A stretch of DNA of 64,000 nt. Source: a virus. Its lineage: Duplodnaviria; Heunggongvirae; Uroviricota; Caudoviricetes. Where the stretch lies: the IMG/VR virus record IMGVR_UViG_3300024272_000027, one strand, 5' to 3'. Within the stretch, counting starts at the first letter, position 1. Each line of letters opens with the position of its first letter. The position numbers were made by a program, and so were the translations under genes. Under the pieces are notes generated by a model that was not told the DNA's origin, did no database searches, and worked only from the letters and a program-made list of their open reading frames with translations. This document shows, piece after piece, positions 39,643 through 48,604 of the stretch.

Positions 39643-39672
39643 TAGCAGCGCCTTGATGCTTAGACGCTGCTA
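39643..39672 (-). terminator. stem-loop/terminator at early-late boundary
   Basis: tagcagcg / cgctgcta inverted repeat. Confidence 0.6.
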
Positions 39673-39737
39673 AAGGTTTATATATAATGTAATATACTTT
39701 ATTACCTACGATAAAAATAACTTAAGCTGAAAGAGTT

Positions 39738-40175
39738 TTATTCAACATTTTTCCAACAGAACTGAACACTGTAATCAACTGATTCAGGGCTGAGTAATAC
39801 ACCGCAAGTACGATACACTTTATCAATATATTCTTTTATAAGTTGAGCCTTCTTTGTTTCCCAAATTGGATGTGCTGTTAATTTATTTATCTTCCCATCA
39901 ACATAACTGTTGTAATCTACTCCATAGAAGTCTCTACCCTGCACAAAGAATGCGTGCTCAACATTTAGTGACATTGCTTCAACAACCTTAGGTCTAACTG
40001 CTGTAAACTTATAAGGAGCATATACTGAGCCACCATAAGCTATGCCCTCATTAACAGGAGTTATAATCGGATTAAAGTGTATATGCATTCTGATAGGAAC
40101 TCGTAGATAGTCCTTACCATTACAACCTGTATACCATACAGGATTTGCTTGTGCGTTAAGTAATGTACAATTCAT
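39738..40175 (-). CDS. hypothetical protein
   Basis: ORF; start moved to MNCT (GGAGG RBS). Confidence 0.65.
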   Translation of the reverse strand: MNCTLLNAQANPVWYTGCNGKDYLRVPIRMHIHFNPIITPVNEGIAYGGSVYAPYKFTAVRPKVVEAMSLNVEHAFFVQGRDFYGVDYNSYVDGKINKLTAHPIWETKKAQLIKEYIDKVYRTCGVLLSPESVDYSVQFCWKNVE

Positions 40176-40189
40176 ATTAACAACCTCCA

Positions 40190-40462
40190 CTACATATCAA
40201 TTGATAATTGTTCTGCTTTATCATACTGTTGGTCTAATGCTTGACCACAATATCTGCAATAAGGACTAGAACCCACAAGAGTTCTACAACGAGGACAAAC
40301 TATTTCGTTCTTTGCTATAACAGGTTTTTGTGGTAACTGTTTCTCAAGTGCTTCAATAGCAGTATCAAAGTTACCAACATACTCTTTGAAGATGCCGTTG
40401 AATAATTTCACTTTGAAGAACTTCATTGCATCAATTGCAATTTGTATTTTATCTGTAATCAT
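40190..40462 (-). CDS. Zn-ribbon protein
   Basis: ALEKQLPQKP..CPRC..YCRYCGQAL motif common in clostridial phages. Confidence 0.75.
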   Translation of the reverse strand: MITDKIQIAIDAMKFFKVKLFNGIFKEYVGNFDTAIEALEKQLPQKPVIAKNEIVCPRCRTLVGSSPYCRYCGQALDQQYDKAEQLSIDM

Positions 40463-40893
40463 CAGAACTTCACCTCGTTGTATTCTTCTTTATCAGCAGC
40501 ATCATACTCTTCTCTGCTCATATAATGATATATAACATTACCACTGCTAGTTTTATATCGTAGTATAACATCGCGTTCCTCAACTATGTGTTGTTTTAAC
40601 GTGCTGTTGTAATTCAGTGTGGGCTTGTCCTCGTCATTAAGTTCAACAGTAAGTATACCGTACAGGAATAATGTTGATACCCAATACGGATACTCTCTGT
40701 TATAGAATCCGAGGAAGTGTGGCTTAACTCTTATTGTCGTTTTATCATCGCTGAGTTCAGAGTTCCAACCTAAGAAGCACAACACTTCACAAGTTTTAAC
40801 TTCACTATCAATCTTTATCTTAACATATTCGCCAATCATAGTATTATTCTTCCTCCACCAATCTGTAAACAGGTTCCTCTTTAGCTTTATCAT
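40462..40893 (-). CDS. hypothetical protein
   Basis: 143-aa ORF; start uncertain (overlap with upstream gene). Confidence 0.6.
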   Translation of the reverse strand: MIKLKRNLFTDWWRKNNTMIGEYVKIKIDSEVKTCEVLCFLGWNSELSDDKTTIRVKPHFLGFYNREYPYWVSTLFLYGILTVELNDEDKPTLNYNSTLKQHIVEERDVILRYKTSSGNVIYHYMSREEYDAADKEEYNEVKF

Positions 40894-41272
40894 AGAAGTT
40901 ATAATACTGTTCGATACGATATTTCTTACCGGTATACTCTTCCATAAGCATCTTTATTAAGTTTATATCAGCGTGCCAGTAGCCAACACCATTGATAACA
41001 CAGTCATCATATAACTGAGTACCAAACTGACCGTTAATACATCCAGCCCTACTTGACCAAACATATCCAGCGCCGTGACCGTTGCCTTCTTTTAATTGTT
41101 TACAGCCGAAGTAGTAGATACCATCTACATTTGTTGACTCACAGAAGAGCTCTTCTGTTTCTCTTTCAACGAGCTTGGAATGAATCTTTTCTATATGCTC
41201 AATCTTTTCATCACAAGAGATATAATATCTTGGCGAACCATTTATAGTAGCAACCTTATCAATTTTCAACAT
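40844..41272 (-). CDS. hypothetical protein
   Basis: 142-aa ORF after promoter, AAGGAAGG RBS. Confidence 0.7.
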   Translation of the reverse strand: MLKIDKVATINGSPRYYISCDEKIEHIEKIHSKLVERETEELFCESTNVDGIYYFGCKQLKEGNGHGAGYVWSSRAGCINGQFGTQLYDDCVINGVGYWHADINLIKMLMEEYTGKKYRIEQYYNFYDKAKEEPVYRLVEEE

Positions 41273-41303
41273 CTATAACAACCTTCCTTCTTATTATATC
41301 ATT

Positions 41304-41335
41304 ATTATATAATAACAGTTAATGTAATTCAACTA
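41304..41335 (-). promoter_or_regulatory. sigmaA-type promoter TAG-TTGAAT-17-TATAAT
   Basis: Member of YAGTTG-N20-TATAAT family. Confidence 0.8.
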
Positions 41336-41344
41336 AATAAAAAA

Positions 41345-41366
41345 AGGCTACCGATTAAAGTAGCCT
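41345..41366 (-). terminator. intrinsic terminator
   Basis: aggctac / gtagcct then T run on minus strand. Confidence 0.75.
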
Positions 41367-41374
41367 CTTAGTTA

Positions 41375-41617
41375 TTATCGTCCGACTGTAAATAGCCAGT
41401 ATATCCAGTATTGAATTGCAAGTAACGGTAGTGCGGCTGTGTATAATAATGCAAGTATTATAGCACCAAACCAGTTAACGTTTGCTTCTTCGTATACAAC
41501 AACGAAGTTAGTATAACGTCCTGCGTCAAAGTAGAAGTATCCCTCACAACACGCAGCGAGTACTATAATCTCTGCTATAGCATTAATCATTATCCAACCG
41601 TATAATAACCAATCCAT
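41375..41617 (-). CDS. small two-TM membrane protein
   Basis: 80 aa, two hydrophobic segments. Confidence 0.65.
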   Translation of the reverse strand: MDWLLYGWIMINAIAEIIVLAACCEGYFYFDAGRYTNFVVVYEEANVNWFGAIILALLYTAALPLLAIQYWIYWLFTVGR

Positions 41618-41620
41618 AGC

Positions 41621-42319
41621 TTAAGCCTCCTTGGTTTGCTGTTTGTTTAACTTACTCCAAGTATACCATCCATAGATACAATTGATTGTCCAAGCTATAT
41701 ACATTGCAACCATCGACCAGTTACCCGCTACGAACCACAACTTAATACAAATGATATCAATTAGTAGCCACCATATCCATTGTTCTCTGTAACGCTTAAT
41801 CATAAGTAACTGAGCGAACACAGCCATAACATTTGTAGCAGCGTCTGTAAATGCCTGTGCACTACCAATAGCATCAAGAGCTAATCCTGTAATATATGTA
41901 GCAAGTATTGTTCCTAAGATAGATAATATCCAAGCTTTAGCACTAAATCGCTTAGCCGTAACATCTTGTGTGCCATCATCATTCTTAGTCATTGTTCTCT
42001 TCCATAAGAAGATACCGATAATCATTGTGACTAGATAGAATATGTTTTCAATAACTTCACCGTAGAACATATTCTGCCACGCTAATATCAGATAAGATAC
42101 TGTCTGAACAAATCCGATATAGTAGAACGATATCTTCCCTTTAGCACAGAGTACTGTAGATATCACTCCAGAGATACCTGATATAATTCCTAACGGGGTA
42201 TCAGGTGCGATAATGAATACTACTATTTGAAGTAGTAACATTGATATTAGATATAGCTTTTCAAAGACGCTATATCCTGTCCACATTTCATTCTTTAACC
42301 ATTTCAAGGCCTTTGCCAT
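41621..42319 (-). CDS. pnuC: nicotinamide riboside transporter PnuC
   Basis: 232-aa polytopic membrane protein; FTDAATNVMAVFAQLLM..RYREQWIWWLLID motif; adjacent to nadR. Confidence 0.9.
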   Translation of the reverse strand: MAKALKWLKNEMWTGYSVFEKLYLISMLLLQIVVFIIAPDTPLGIISGISGVISTVLCAKGKISFYYIGFVQTVSYLILAWQNMFYGEVIENIFYLVTMIIGIFLWKRTMTKNDDGTQDVTAKRFSAKAWILSILGTILATYITGLALDAIGSAQAFTDAATNVMAVFAQLLMIKRYREQWIWWLLIDIICIKLWFVAGNWSMVAMYIAWTINCIYGWYTWSKLNKQQTKEA

Positions 42320-43454
42320 TTCTCTCCAACTCCCTTACATCATCAACAATCTTTTTAAAATTATTCCAATAACCTCCATCGAGGATTGTAACCTTATCCC
42401 AGTTGCCTGACTCTTTGATATTCTTACAGAGTAAATCAAACAACTCTTGGCGCTCTTTCATTCCGGAGTGAGCCATATACCTTTGCCCATCATCAACAAA
42501 TGTTCCGTGAGGACACAGTAGATATATCTTATCCCATCGACACTTAGCAGTTATTTCATCAGCTACGACAGCAACCTTTTCATAATCTTCTTGTGTAAGA
42601 ACACAACTGTCATCTTTAGCATAATACTCAGCATACATCTTAGTAACCATCGAGTCACTATCCGCAAAGAATATTCCTTTGTTAGCATCTGAGTTAATTA
42701 ACTTCTTATTCAAATCATACTGACCTTGAAGGAATGCTATAAAGTCAGTAGCATCAAATTCCCAATCGCCTAAACAACTTTCAGTTATGTAATCTCTTGC
42801 CCATTCATAACTGAAAGGAGCATTGAAATACTTACCAAGGTCAGCTGTCATAACTGTTTTGCCCTCTGATGCTGTACCACATATAAGTATGTTAGTACTG
42901 AATACTCGCTTAAAAGGAAATGTAATCTTATCCCAATACTTGATAGGATTACTTCTAATAAGAGTTCCACTAATAGGATTATCAGCTTTACGGTCAACTA
43001 ATACGGCTTTCTCATTCCACATATCAAGTAAGTCATCATAGTATGATTGGTCGCCCACATACCAAACTCTTTCAGGTCTACTAAGGCCTAAGTCCTCATT
43101 GTCATAACCGAATTTGTTAGTAGCCTTTTTAAATATGTTCTTGAACTCTTTCATCCATCCTTCCCAACCGTTTGGATAAGAATCAAGTTTAAGTTCAGTA
43201 TCGTTGATAGCATATACAGCTACCAAGTCATCGTCTGCAAAGAACTCACGAACATATCTGTATCGCTTGTTGTGCGGCATAAGTGGTTCACCTTTGTCTC
43301 CATCATAACCACAAACAATAACAATACATCCAGCATCGTTCTCCTTCTTAGCTTGCATAATCAAGTCTAAGTGTCCTTGATGTAGCGGTGCAAACGAACC
43401 GAACACTACACCAACTGTTTTACCGCTTAGGCACTTCTGATGATAATGTAACAT
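42288..43454 (-). CDS. nadR: NadR-type NMN adenylyltransferase / ribosylnicotinamide kinase (no HTH)
   Basis: FGSFAPLHQGH (HxGH) N-domain; ICGTASEGKT Walker A, EWARDY, FADSD kinase domain. Confidence 0.9.
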   Translation of the reverse strand: MLHYHQKCLSGKTVGVVFGSFAPLHQGHLDLIMQAKKENDAGCIVIVCGYDGDKGEPLMPHNKRYRYVREFFADDDLVAVYAINDTELKLDSYPNGWEGWMKEFKNIFKKATNKFGYDNEDLGLSRPERVWYVGDQSYYDDLLDMWNEKAVLVDRKADNPISGTLIRSNPIKYWDKITFPFKRVFSTNILICGTASEGKTVMTADLGKYFNAPFSYEWARDYITESCLGDWEFDATDFIAFLQGQYDLNKKLINSDANKGIFFADSDSMVTKMYAEYYAKDDSCVLTQEDYEKVAVVADEITAKCRWDKIYLLCPHGTFVDDGQRYMAHSGMKERQELFDLLCKNIKESGNWDKVTILDGGYWNNFKKIVDDVRELERNGKGLEMVKE

Positions 43455-43683
43455 CTTTCATAGTCTCCTTCACTTCAGGTTTCACTTTTGTATCTTTATC
43501 ACACACTTGGCAGGCCACACCTATCTTATGTATGTTATTGCAGTCACGACATTGAACGTAGATATCATACTTAGATGGATTCATTAAGTAGTATTCCATC
43601 TCCTGTATTGTCCAACCACGAGTGCTCTGAGATAGTCCTGACTTCTTGTTTTCTACTCTTACAATTTCATCGTATCTCTTCAT
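43420..43683 (-). CDS. small Cys-motif protein
   Basis: 87 aa, CRDC..CQVC. Confidence 0.6.
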   Translation of the reverse strand: MKRYDEIVRVENKKSGLSQSTRGWTIQEMEYYLMNPSKYDIYVQCRDCNNIHKIGVACQVCDKDTKVKPEVKETMKDVTLSSEVPKR

Positions 43684-43696
43684 AACAACCTTCCCC

Positions 43697-44107
43697 TTAT
43701 AACATATATGATTTTACAGTTCCAATCTTTGTAAGCATATCATAAAGCATTGTTGCTCTCTCGCTAATTACAGAACCATTACCATCGTCTGTTAGTATAG
43801 CTTCTGATAAACTCTTCTTAACCTTACGCACAATATAATCAAGCTGCTCATCACTAAAGTAAAGTCCAGTGTCAATTACGTCAGCAGGTTCGGCTTCAAA
43901 ATATATGCGTTCTGTTCGGTTGCCATCTTTAATGTTTATTTCAAGATGGTCACCAAGGTCACACACATAATTGTAAAACTCGTTCTTATCTCTCCAAGTG
44001 GAATAACCTGCTCTCTCGCTTGATGCTTCATCAAGTTCTAAATCCCAAGTAGGATAGAGCCTAACAATAAGATTAAATCCTTCAGGTGCGTTCTTAACAG
44101 TAATCAT
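43697..44107 (-). CDS. hypothetical protein
   Basis: ORF after promoter; start moved to MITVK. Confidence 0.7.
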   Translation of the reverse strand: MITVKNAPEGFNLIVRLYPTWDLELDEASSERAGYSTWRDKNEFYNYVCDLGDHLEINIKDGNRTERIYFEAEPADVIDTGLYFSDEQLDYIVRKVKKSLSEAILTDDGNGSVISERATMLYDMLTKIGTVKSYML

Positions 44108-44140
44108 AATAAATACCTTCCTTTTTTGTTCTACATACAT

Positions 44141-44172
44141 ATTATATAATGACAGTAAAGATAATACAACTA
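44141..44172 (-). promoter_or_regulatory. sigmaA-type promoter TAG-TTGTAT-17-TATAAT
   Basis: Member of YAGTTG-N20-TATAAT family. Confidence 0.8.
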
Positions 44173-44177
44173 AATAG

Positions 44178-44207
44178 AAAAGGCGTCACCTTTCGGCAAC
44201 ACCTTTT
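44178..44207 (-). terminator. intrinsic terminator with GAAA tetraloop
   Basis: AAAAGGTGTTGCC-GAAA-GGTGACGCCTTTT on minus strand. Confidence 0.75.
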
Positions 44208-44248
44208 CAAGGAAATACATCGAATCTTCTGTTCTTTTAAGTGGTCTT

Positions 44249-44914
44249 CTACATCCACTGTTTTTTCTTCTTTGTGCAGTTCTTCCAGCTTCTATCATCA
44301 TTACTACTGATACGAATATCATCCCAACTAGTAGGTAAGTGTCTTCTTTTAGCTCTTACATACTGTTTGTACTCAGGGTCAGTATTCTTTTTAAATTCAT
44401 TTGTAGTTTGAGGATGTCTGTAGTAGCGTCTATGACTACGATAACTAGTGCTAGGAACAGGACCGCAACGATAGATATACTTACCTTCGAGTTTACCATT
44501 CCACCATCTGTATTTGTAAAGAACATCACCATACTGAACATCGTCAGGAACTAATCTGCTTTCACGACGTTCCTTTCTCTGTAAGTATCTTTTCTTAGCT
44601 TCATCCCAGTACATTCTAGCGTCAATAATACGATAGTAGCTATCATAAAACATATAACGTCTAGGTCCAGGAACGCTATGAAGAGTTTTAGTATCAATGA
44701 TATCCATTGTATCATTCACGCTTAAAGCAATCTCTTCAAGGTAACGATTCTTTATCTTTTCAGATTCCCACCAGTGATAACATTCAGATGTAGTATAGGA
44801 GAGCCAATCAATGAGGTCTTCTTCACTTACGAACTCTCTAATCTGTTTGTTACCTCTGTGGAGGTCAATAAGGTAGTATCTTGTTTTGTTTTCAATTGTA
44901 GTCATTCTAATCAA
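44249..44914 (-). CDS. hypothetical protein with basic C-terminal motif
   Basis: 221 aa; RHPQTTNE...VRAKRRHLPTSWDD...RSWK..KKKQW. Confidence 0.7.
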   Translation of the reverse strand: MIRMTTIENKTRYYLIDLHRGNKQIREFVSEEDLIDWLSYTTSECYHWWESEKIKNRYLEEIALSVNDTMDIIDTKTLHSVPGPRRYMFYDSYYRIIDARMYWDEAKKRYLQRKERRESRLVPDDVQYGDVLYKYRWWNGKLEGKYIYRCGPVPSTSYRSHRRYYRHPQTTNEFKKNTDPEYKQYVRAKRRHLPTSWDDIRISSNDDRSWKNCTKKKKQWM

Positions 44915-44975
44915 CCTTTCTAAAGTTTCTTAGAAGACTGCCATCCTCTCAAGTAACACCACTGTCACTCCTTAT

Positions 44976-45377
44976 CTATATATGTTTATAATCCGGACAA
45001 ATTGTTCCATTAGGAATCTTTACGCAACTGCATCCGTAATGAGGTGCACCGCTATAACGTGAACAACCATCGGAACAACTTTCGTATCTATTACACTCCT
45101 GACTAACAACGCAACTTTTACAAAGTGCATCTGATTTTATAGCAGGAGGTATCTTGTTATTACATACATTACTATTGAAGTATTTCTCACATTCTTCAAC
45201 ACTACAGTTGTTATAGTTTAACGGATGCTCATCATAGAACTCACCGATGTCAGCAACATCACATTTAATATGATGATGTATAAGGTCTAAGTTTTCAATC
45301 TCTGTAACGATATCATCCTCTGACCAATCACCGTTAGGGTCAATCAAGTATCCTGTAAGTTTATATATCTTTGCCAT
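44976..45377 (-). CDS. hypothetical protein with Cys-rich C-terminus
   Basis: 133 aa, GAGG RBS. Confidence 0.7.
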   Translation of the reverse strand: MAKIYKLTGYLIDPNGDWSEDDIVTEIENLDLIHHHIKCDVADIGEFYDEHPLNYNNCSVEECEKYFNSNVCNNKIPPAIKSDALCKSCVVSQECNRYESCSDGCSRYSGAPHYGCSCVKIPNGTICPDYKHI

Positions 45378-45381
45378 ATTG

Positions 45382-45528
45382 TTATACCTCGTATACTATC
45401 ATAGCATAAGGAGTAAAGGTTCCTGCAGATGCTAACTTAATATCTATTATCTTCACATCTTTGTGCTCTCGTAGCCATTTGTTCATCTTATCTTCATAAG
45501 CATCTTCAAACATCTTAACCTGTATCAT
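45382..45528 (-). CDS. 48-aa Cse60-like (sporulation protein family) ORF missing from track
   Basis: Hand translation MIQVKMFEDAYEDKMNKWLREHKDVKIIDIKLASAGTFTPYAMIVYEV; GAGG RBS; ATGA overlap. Confidence 0.6.
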   Translation of the reverse strand: MIQVKMFEDAYEDKMNKWLREHKDVKIIDIKLASAGTFTPYAMIVYEV

Positions 45529-45926
45529 TCTGCTACCTCGCTCACAATCTCAACTTTATAGCCGAGTTCTTTTTCAATCTGCTCAACTGTCATCTTCTTA
45601 GCAGGAACTTTCTTAACAACATTGTAATCAAATCTGATATATTGATTATCAGGAACAATTTTTACAATAGTTGTTTCAAACTTAGGTAATAAGTCTTCCA
45701 ACAACATTTCAAGTTTTTCTTTAAGCCAATATTTTGCGTCGCCTGTGATGTCATTAGTTACTTTGTGAGATGAAGATAATCCGAACCAAATCTTCGGTAT
45801 TAGTTCACAGTCACCAATATTAACATCAGCAGTAGCGGGAATCTGTTTTAACTCTTTACAGATAGTAGCTTCCATCTTAGTAAAGACACAACCGGCAATA
45901 AATTCATATGTCTGTTTCTTCATCAT
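45525..45926 (-). CDS. hypothetical protein
   Basis: C-terminal KKMTVEQIEKELGYKVEIV motif common in phage proteins. Confidence 0.7.
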   Translation of the reverse strand: MMKKQTYEFIAGCVFTKMEATICKELKQIPATADVNIGDCELIPKIWFGLSSSHKVTNDITGDAKYWLKEKLEMLLEDLLPKFETTIVKIVPDNQYIRFDYNVVKKVPAKKMTVEQIEKELGYKVEIVSEVAE

Positions 45927-46101
45927 ATTGATTATCCTCCTGTTCGTATATGCACTCTGAAGACTGGAAGTCTTCAGTATTTACACGCCACTTACAATCA
46001 ATAGGTACTAAGTTTTTCATCTTGCCCTCCATAACAAGATGTTCCGCAACAATCTGATTTACTTCTCTGGGGGTAAGTACTATCTTTATATCAACCACCA
46101 C
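45904..46101 (-). CDS. hypothetical protein
   Basis: 65-aa ORF in coupled run. Confidence 0.55.
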   Translation of the reverse strand: MVVDIKIVLTPREVNQIVAEHLVMEGKMKNLVPIDCKWRVNTEDFQSSECIYEQEDNQYDEETDI

Positions 46102-46102
46102 C

Positions 46103-46471
46103 CTAACAAGCTGTGCACATCAAGAGATAACTTCTAACACTGTTCAGATGCGTCTTAATACATTCAATGGATTTAGGGTTCCAATTAGAGAAGTTAAACC
46201 TCCACCCTTTAAAATCAAATTGAAAATTATCTTTACCATCCATACTATTAAGAAGTTTGCTGAAACATTTCGCTTCTTCATAACTACAAAAACAGATAGT
46301 AACTTTATCGGAAGTATACTTAAGACCTAGTTCACCCATTGAAGCTTCGTTAACAGCTGTACCAACTTCAATGGGTGGTTCAAATTCTCTAAATCTTAAG
46401 CTTATATATTCACTGCCTACAAAGATGTCACCATAACCAAAATAGAATGTTTTAGTTTTAAAATCAATCAT
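46103..46471 (-). CDS. hypothetical protein
   Basis: 122-aa ORF, GGAGG RBS. Confidence 0.7.
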   Translation of the reverse strand: MIDFKTKTFYFGYGDIFVGSEYISLRFREFEPPIEVGTAVNEASMGELGLKYTSDKVTICFCSYEEAKCFSKLLNSMDGKDNFQFDFKGWRFNFSNWNPKSIECIKTHLNSVRSYLLMCTAC

Positions 46472-46472
46472 A

Positions 46473-46817
46473 CTAATCAGCCTCCACTAAGTTACCATTA
46501 GCATCACAAGGACTAACAGTATCATCAAAGTTATCAACTGCATAACCTCTGAAGCATATTCTGCCTGTAGGAGTAACTCCTCTTTCTTCAAACCAGAACT
46601 TTGTGAACTCACTATCAAGATTGTCCTCAATAGTTCCATAGATATAATTACAACTGTCCCAACCAGTAGTGCCGTCAGGCATACGAACTTCAACATTATA
46701 GCCTCTTAAGAGACCATCGCGTTCGCCTTCGTCAATCTTGTTAAGAGCGCCAGGCCAAATATCACCCGCGGGTACATACTGTAAACAACTTAAAACTTTC
46801 TTTTCCATAATTAACAA
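46473..46817 (-). CDS. hypothetical protein
   Basis: 114-aa ORF first after promoter. Confidence 0.7.
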   Translation of the reverse strand: MLIMEKKVLSCLQYVPAGDIWPGALNKIDEGERDGLLRGYNVEVRMPDGTTGWDSCNYIYGTIEDNLDSEFTKFWFEERGVTPTGRICFRGYAVDNFDDTVSPCDANGNLVEAD

Positions 46818-46843
46818 CCTTCCATATCGTTTATTATGATTAT

Positions 46844-46875
46844 ATTATAAGGTATCATTGTTAATTATTCAACTA
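46844..46875 (-). promoter_or_regulatory. sigmaA-type promoter TAG-TTGAAT-17-TATAAT
   Basis: Member of YAGTTG-N20-TATAAT family. Confidence 0.8.
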
Positions 46876-46897
46876 TCAATATAACAGTAAATAAAAA

Positions 46898-46927
46898 TCC
46901 TCAAGAGCACTATTGCACCCTTGAGGA
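46898..46927 (-). terminator. intrinsic terminator
   Basis: tcctcaag / cttgagga then TTTTTATTT on minus strand. Confidence 0.75.
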
Positions 46928-46988
46928 CATATATATATCACACTTAGCAGTTTAGACGCTGCTAAGATTATATTCTGTTGTAGTATAA

Positions 46989-47030
46989 TTAGTGGTTGAT
47001 ATCAAACATTGATAATGAACTCTTTTCCAT
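46989..47030 (-). CDS. 13-codon mini-ORF MEKSSLSMFDINH
   Basis: AAGGAG RBS 7 nt upstream of ATG; followed by two hairpins. Confidence 0.3.
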   Translation of the reverse strand: MEKSSLSMFDINH

Positions 47031-47041
47031 TATGTGTCTCC

Positions 47042-47458
47042 TTAGTAGAAGTCTCTTGGAGATAATCCTCTATAACCGTATGGGTCTTTTCTTTCAGCTT
47101 CCACATCATCAAATTGTTCAGAAGCATCTCTATAGAAGTAATCTTTAATGTCATCTTTGAAACTATCAACATCAACAAACTCCATTACCCAATCTTTATC
47201 TTCCTCATAGGCCTTTTCCCAATCAATTGAGTACTTAACATTTGTTCCTTCTTGATGTTTCTTTAGTAGATGTATATCACCATCATTAAGTATATCAGTT
47301 ATGATTTCACTGCGTTCTTGTTCGCTCATATTACCGAAGCCTTCTTCAGCTGCTTCTACAATAACTTCGATTGATTGTTCACCAAAGTATGTTTCTAAAT
47401 CGCTATTACTGACTTCATATTCAAAGTCTCTATCATCGAAATCATATGTTAGAGTCAT
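47042..47458 (-). CDS. very acidic hypothetical protein
   Basis: 138 aa, about 40 D/E by hand count. Confidence 0.75.
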   Translation of the reverse strand: MTLTYDFDDRDFEYEVSNSDLETYFGEQSIEVIVEAAEEGFGNMSEQERSEIITDILNDGDIHLLKKHQEGTNVKYSIDWEKAYEEDKDWVMEFVDVDSFKDDIKDYFYRDASEQFDDVEAERKDPYGYRGLSPRDFY

Positions 47459-47540
47459 ATTGTATTACCTCTTCCGTTTTTACTACTTTATGTTTTAATT
47501 TAGCAGTTTTGATTTACAGTTTTTATAATTCTTTTCAACT

Positions 47541-47861
47541 TTACTGTATATCATTCTCTCTTTCCCAACGTATTCGTATTATATCACTCATCGGAAGTAT
47601 ATTATCTTCAAAGTAAGGTTTAAGGAAGTTCTTCTGTTGCTCTGTAAGAAAGTTTTTCCAATATACACGCCATTCTTTTATTCCTAATTGTGATATTGTT
47701 ATTTCTGCAAATCCTTTATTTTGTAGTTTTTCATCGGCTCTATTTGCATATTCATCTTGTAGAATTTTTCTTGCAAGACTTAAATGTTCATACACTGCAC
47801 AAGGATAGAAATCACCATCGGGAGAAAGCCATCCTGTTTTCAATTCATTACTTGTCTGCAT
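47541..47861 (-). CDS. hypothetical protein (GWLSPDG motif)
   Basis: 106 aa; GWLSPDGDFYPC..YEH. Confidence 0.7.
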   Translation of the reverse strand: MQTSNELKTGWLSPDGDFYPCAVYEHLSLARKILQDEYANRADEKLQNKGFAEITISQLGIKEWRVYWKNFLTEQQKNFLKPYFEDNILPMSDIIRIRWERENDIQ

Positions 47862-48522
47862 ACTTATCGATATACACCTCTAGTCCGAATTCTATTTCGG
47901 GAGCATTCTTTCTCGTTAAACTTTTACTGCTGTTATTCTTTTCAAGTAGTTCTCTCTTTACTCGCTCGATTGTTTTTAATGCTTTTGCTTTTGTCATCGG
48001 AGTTGGCACAATACTTATACTCCAATCGTTACAATCAATATAAGTACTCACGTATAGTTGTCTGCCACTTTTATTTGTGCCTGCTGTGATAAGATACAAA
48101 TCAGTTTCTAAACCAATGTGTTCATTTGCTGCTTGTAGCATATTGTCCGTTGCGATTACTACTTCTTGGAGCGGTAATTCTTTCTTCCTTTCAAGAATTA
48201 CTTTTGTTAACTCTATTGCATTTATTTCCGCTGCCTCATTTATTACAACGGGTTCGTGCACTACTGGCATATCCCACAAGTCAACGGGCTCAACCGCTAT
48301 CGGCTTTATATCACTTTTGTTAAACATTTCTTTTAACGAGGGAACTTCTTTATCTAATGACTTTCCCTCTTTGAGTAATACTTTAAAGCGTTCAACAGCG
48401 TCTTTTAACACTTTTCCTTGATAAGTTTCTATCGAGTAGTCTTCCCATTTACCTGAAAGATTAGTAGCGTATGTAACTTTATCTCTCTTCGGTATTATTT
48501 CAATTCCTTTTGCAATAATCAT
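47848..48522 (-). CDS. hypothetical protein
   Basis: 224 aa, first after promoter, AAGGAAGG RBS. Confidence 0.75.
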   Translation of the reverse strand: MIIAKGIEIIPKRDKVTYATNLSGKWEDYSIETYQGKVLKDAVERFKVLLKEGKSLDKEVPSLKEMFNKSDIKPIAVEPVDLWDMPVVHEPVVINEAAEINAIELTKVILERKKELPLQEVVIATDNMLQAANEHIGLETDLYLITAGTNKSGRQLYVSTYIDCNDWSISIVPTPMTKAKALKTIERVKRELLEKNNSSKSLTRKNAPEIEFGLEVYIDKYADK

Positions 48523-48546
48523 ATTGACACCTTCCTTTATAACATA

Positions 48547-48578
48547 ATTATAAGGTAGTCAGATGTTTTATCCAACTA
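48547..48578 (-). promoter_or_regulatory. sigmaA-type promoter TAG-TTGGAT-17-TATAAT embedded in hairpin 48551-48583
   Basis: taaggtagt / actacctta inverted repeat overlaps promoter. Confidence 0.75.
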
Positions 48579-48604
48579 CCTTAACTGTTACGCTATATCA
48601 GGAA

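Noticed and set aside
42288-43454. NadR as a transcriptional repressor
   Set aside because: The N-terminal HTH is absent; only the enzymatic domains are present.
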